DNA from: a virus
DNA length: 37,955 bases
Reading direction: 5' to 3' (one strand)
IMG/VR virus record: IMGVR_UViG_3300045988_159560
Position numbers and translations under genes: made by a program
The notes under the pieces: generated by a model
Seen by the model: the letters and a program-made list of their open reading frames with translations, nothing else
What the model was told of the DNA's origin: nothing
Databases searched by the model: none
Shown here: positions 37,489 through 37,955 of the stretch, one piece after another
Numbering within the stretch: position 1 is the first letter of the stretch
Layout: every line of letters begins with the position of its first letter

Positions 37489-37955
37489 TACTGTTGTACT
37501 TTGTCGTTCGTATAATCCTCCGCCTTGAAAGGCGATACGCTTTCCAAAGGGGGCGCCGTAGATCCTGCGCCGTCCGCCGCAGACCATGTATAGGCGTGTG
37601 TATGGCTGTTGAACGCCGACACGAAGGTATTCATGGCATTGGTTATGGCGTCCGGGATCACCATGCCGCCGATTGCGCCGCCGTTCATGGTGACCGTATC
37701 GCCGGAAATGGTGAGGGAGCCGCCCCCGTCTTTCGACAAATATATGGATTCTTTGTCGATTTTGCAAAAATATCCGCCTACCGACGCTTCGATCTTGTCT
37801 ACGCGCGTGAAGCTTACCACGAAAGCGTTCTCTGGCTGTTGGTAGGGCATGCCGAGGATCACCGCGGAGTTTACGGCGGGATAAAAAATAACGCTCGCAT
37901 CCCCGCCGATGACATTGGATAGGCTTATGTCCGGGATTACCAGTCCAGCATCACC
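37488..37955 (-). CDS. Baseplate central spike, C-terminal part (continues from 1..199 across the circular junction)
   Basis: ...ILGMPYQQPENAFVVSFTRVDKIEASVGGYF...TISGDTVTMNGGAIGG...FNSHTHAY. An OB-fold-like N-terminus, then beta-helix-like Gly-rich repeats and an HxH motif near the tip, as in P2 gpV-type spikes. Confidence 0.6.
   Translation of the reverse strand, partial: GDAGLVIPDISLSNVIGGDASVIFYPAVNSAVILGMPYQQPENAFVVSFTRVDKIEASVGGYFCKIDKESIYLSKDGGGSLTISGDTVTMNGGAIGGMVIPDAITNAMNTFVSAFNSHTHAYTWSAADGAGSTAPPLESVSPFKAEDYTNDKVQQ
37901..37955. repeat. Second copy of the 55-bp terminal overlap (equals 1-55)
   Basis: Exact identity read directly. Confidence 0.95.

Noticed and set aside
37901-37955. 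The 55-bp terminal repeat as a biological direct terminal repeat or cos end
   Set aside because: The repeat lies inside a continuous baseplate-spike ORF, and its length equals a common assembler k-mer. The most economical reading is a circularisation overlap.

Overview
The window is a complete, circularly permuted dsDNA tailed-phage genome. Positions 1-55 repeat exactly at 37901-37955, a baseplate-spike gene reads straight through that junction, and the unique length is 37,900 bp.

Layout:
- A minus-strand morphogenesis and lysis block of about 21 kb runs 15003 -> 1 and continues 37900 -> 31532. It holds a candidate small terminase, the large terminase, a free-standing HNH homing endonuclease and the portal. 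Next comes one ORF fusing prohead protease, a scaffold-like linker and an HK97-type capsid protein. Sheath, tube, a tail chaperone with a -1 frameshift and the tape measure follow. It ends with baseplate hub, spike and wedge genes, a LysM plus Cys-repeat protein, holin, an M15 endolysin and a repeat-bearing tail fibre.
- A plus-strand early/replication block of about 15 kb runs 16627 -> 31476. It holds a YqaJ-type exonuclease with RecT, an HTH protein and a replication-initiator-like gene carrying internal iteron-like repeats. It also has a radical-SAM gene split by a frame change, YopX, a DUF551-like protein, an SSB-like protein, a Dps with an intact ferroxidase signature, a PD-(D/E)xK nuclease and small membrane proteins.
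- A short leftward unit (15819 -> 15283) ends at its own terminator.

Six promoter-like sites carry the Bacteroidota-type -7 box TAnnTTTG; three of them also have a TTTG -33 box at 19-20 nt spacing. The start codons I checked lack Shine-Dalgarno sequences. I therefore infer a Bacteroidota host.

All three stop codons terminate genes, so the code is standard. I recognised no tRNA, rRNA, CRISPR array, integrase, repressor, reverse transcriptase or transposase.

Most unusual observations:
- a roughly 720-bp ORF-poor spacer between divergent promoters, with an extreme C-rich arm followed by a G-rich arm (i-motif / G-quadruplex motifs);
- a terminator-containing structured leader in front of the replication gene, plus phased 9-mer repeats and an AT-rich island inside that gene;
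- an SSB-like / Dps / nuclease trio;
- the split radical-SAM gene;
- three G9 tracts within 1.1 kb;
- the fused protease-capsid gene.

All functional calls rest on motifs and synteny read by eye. No database search or structure prediction was possible.
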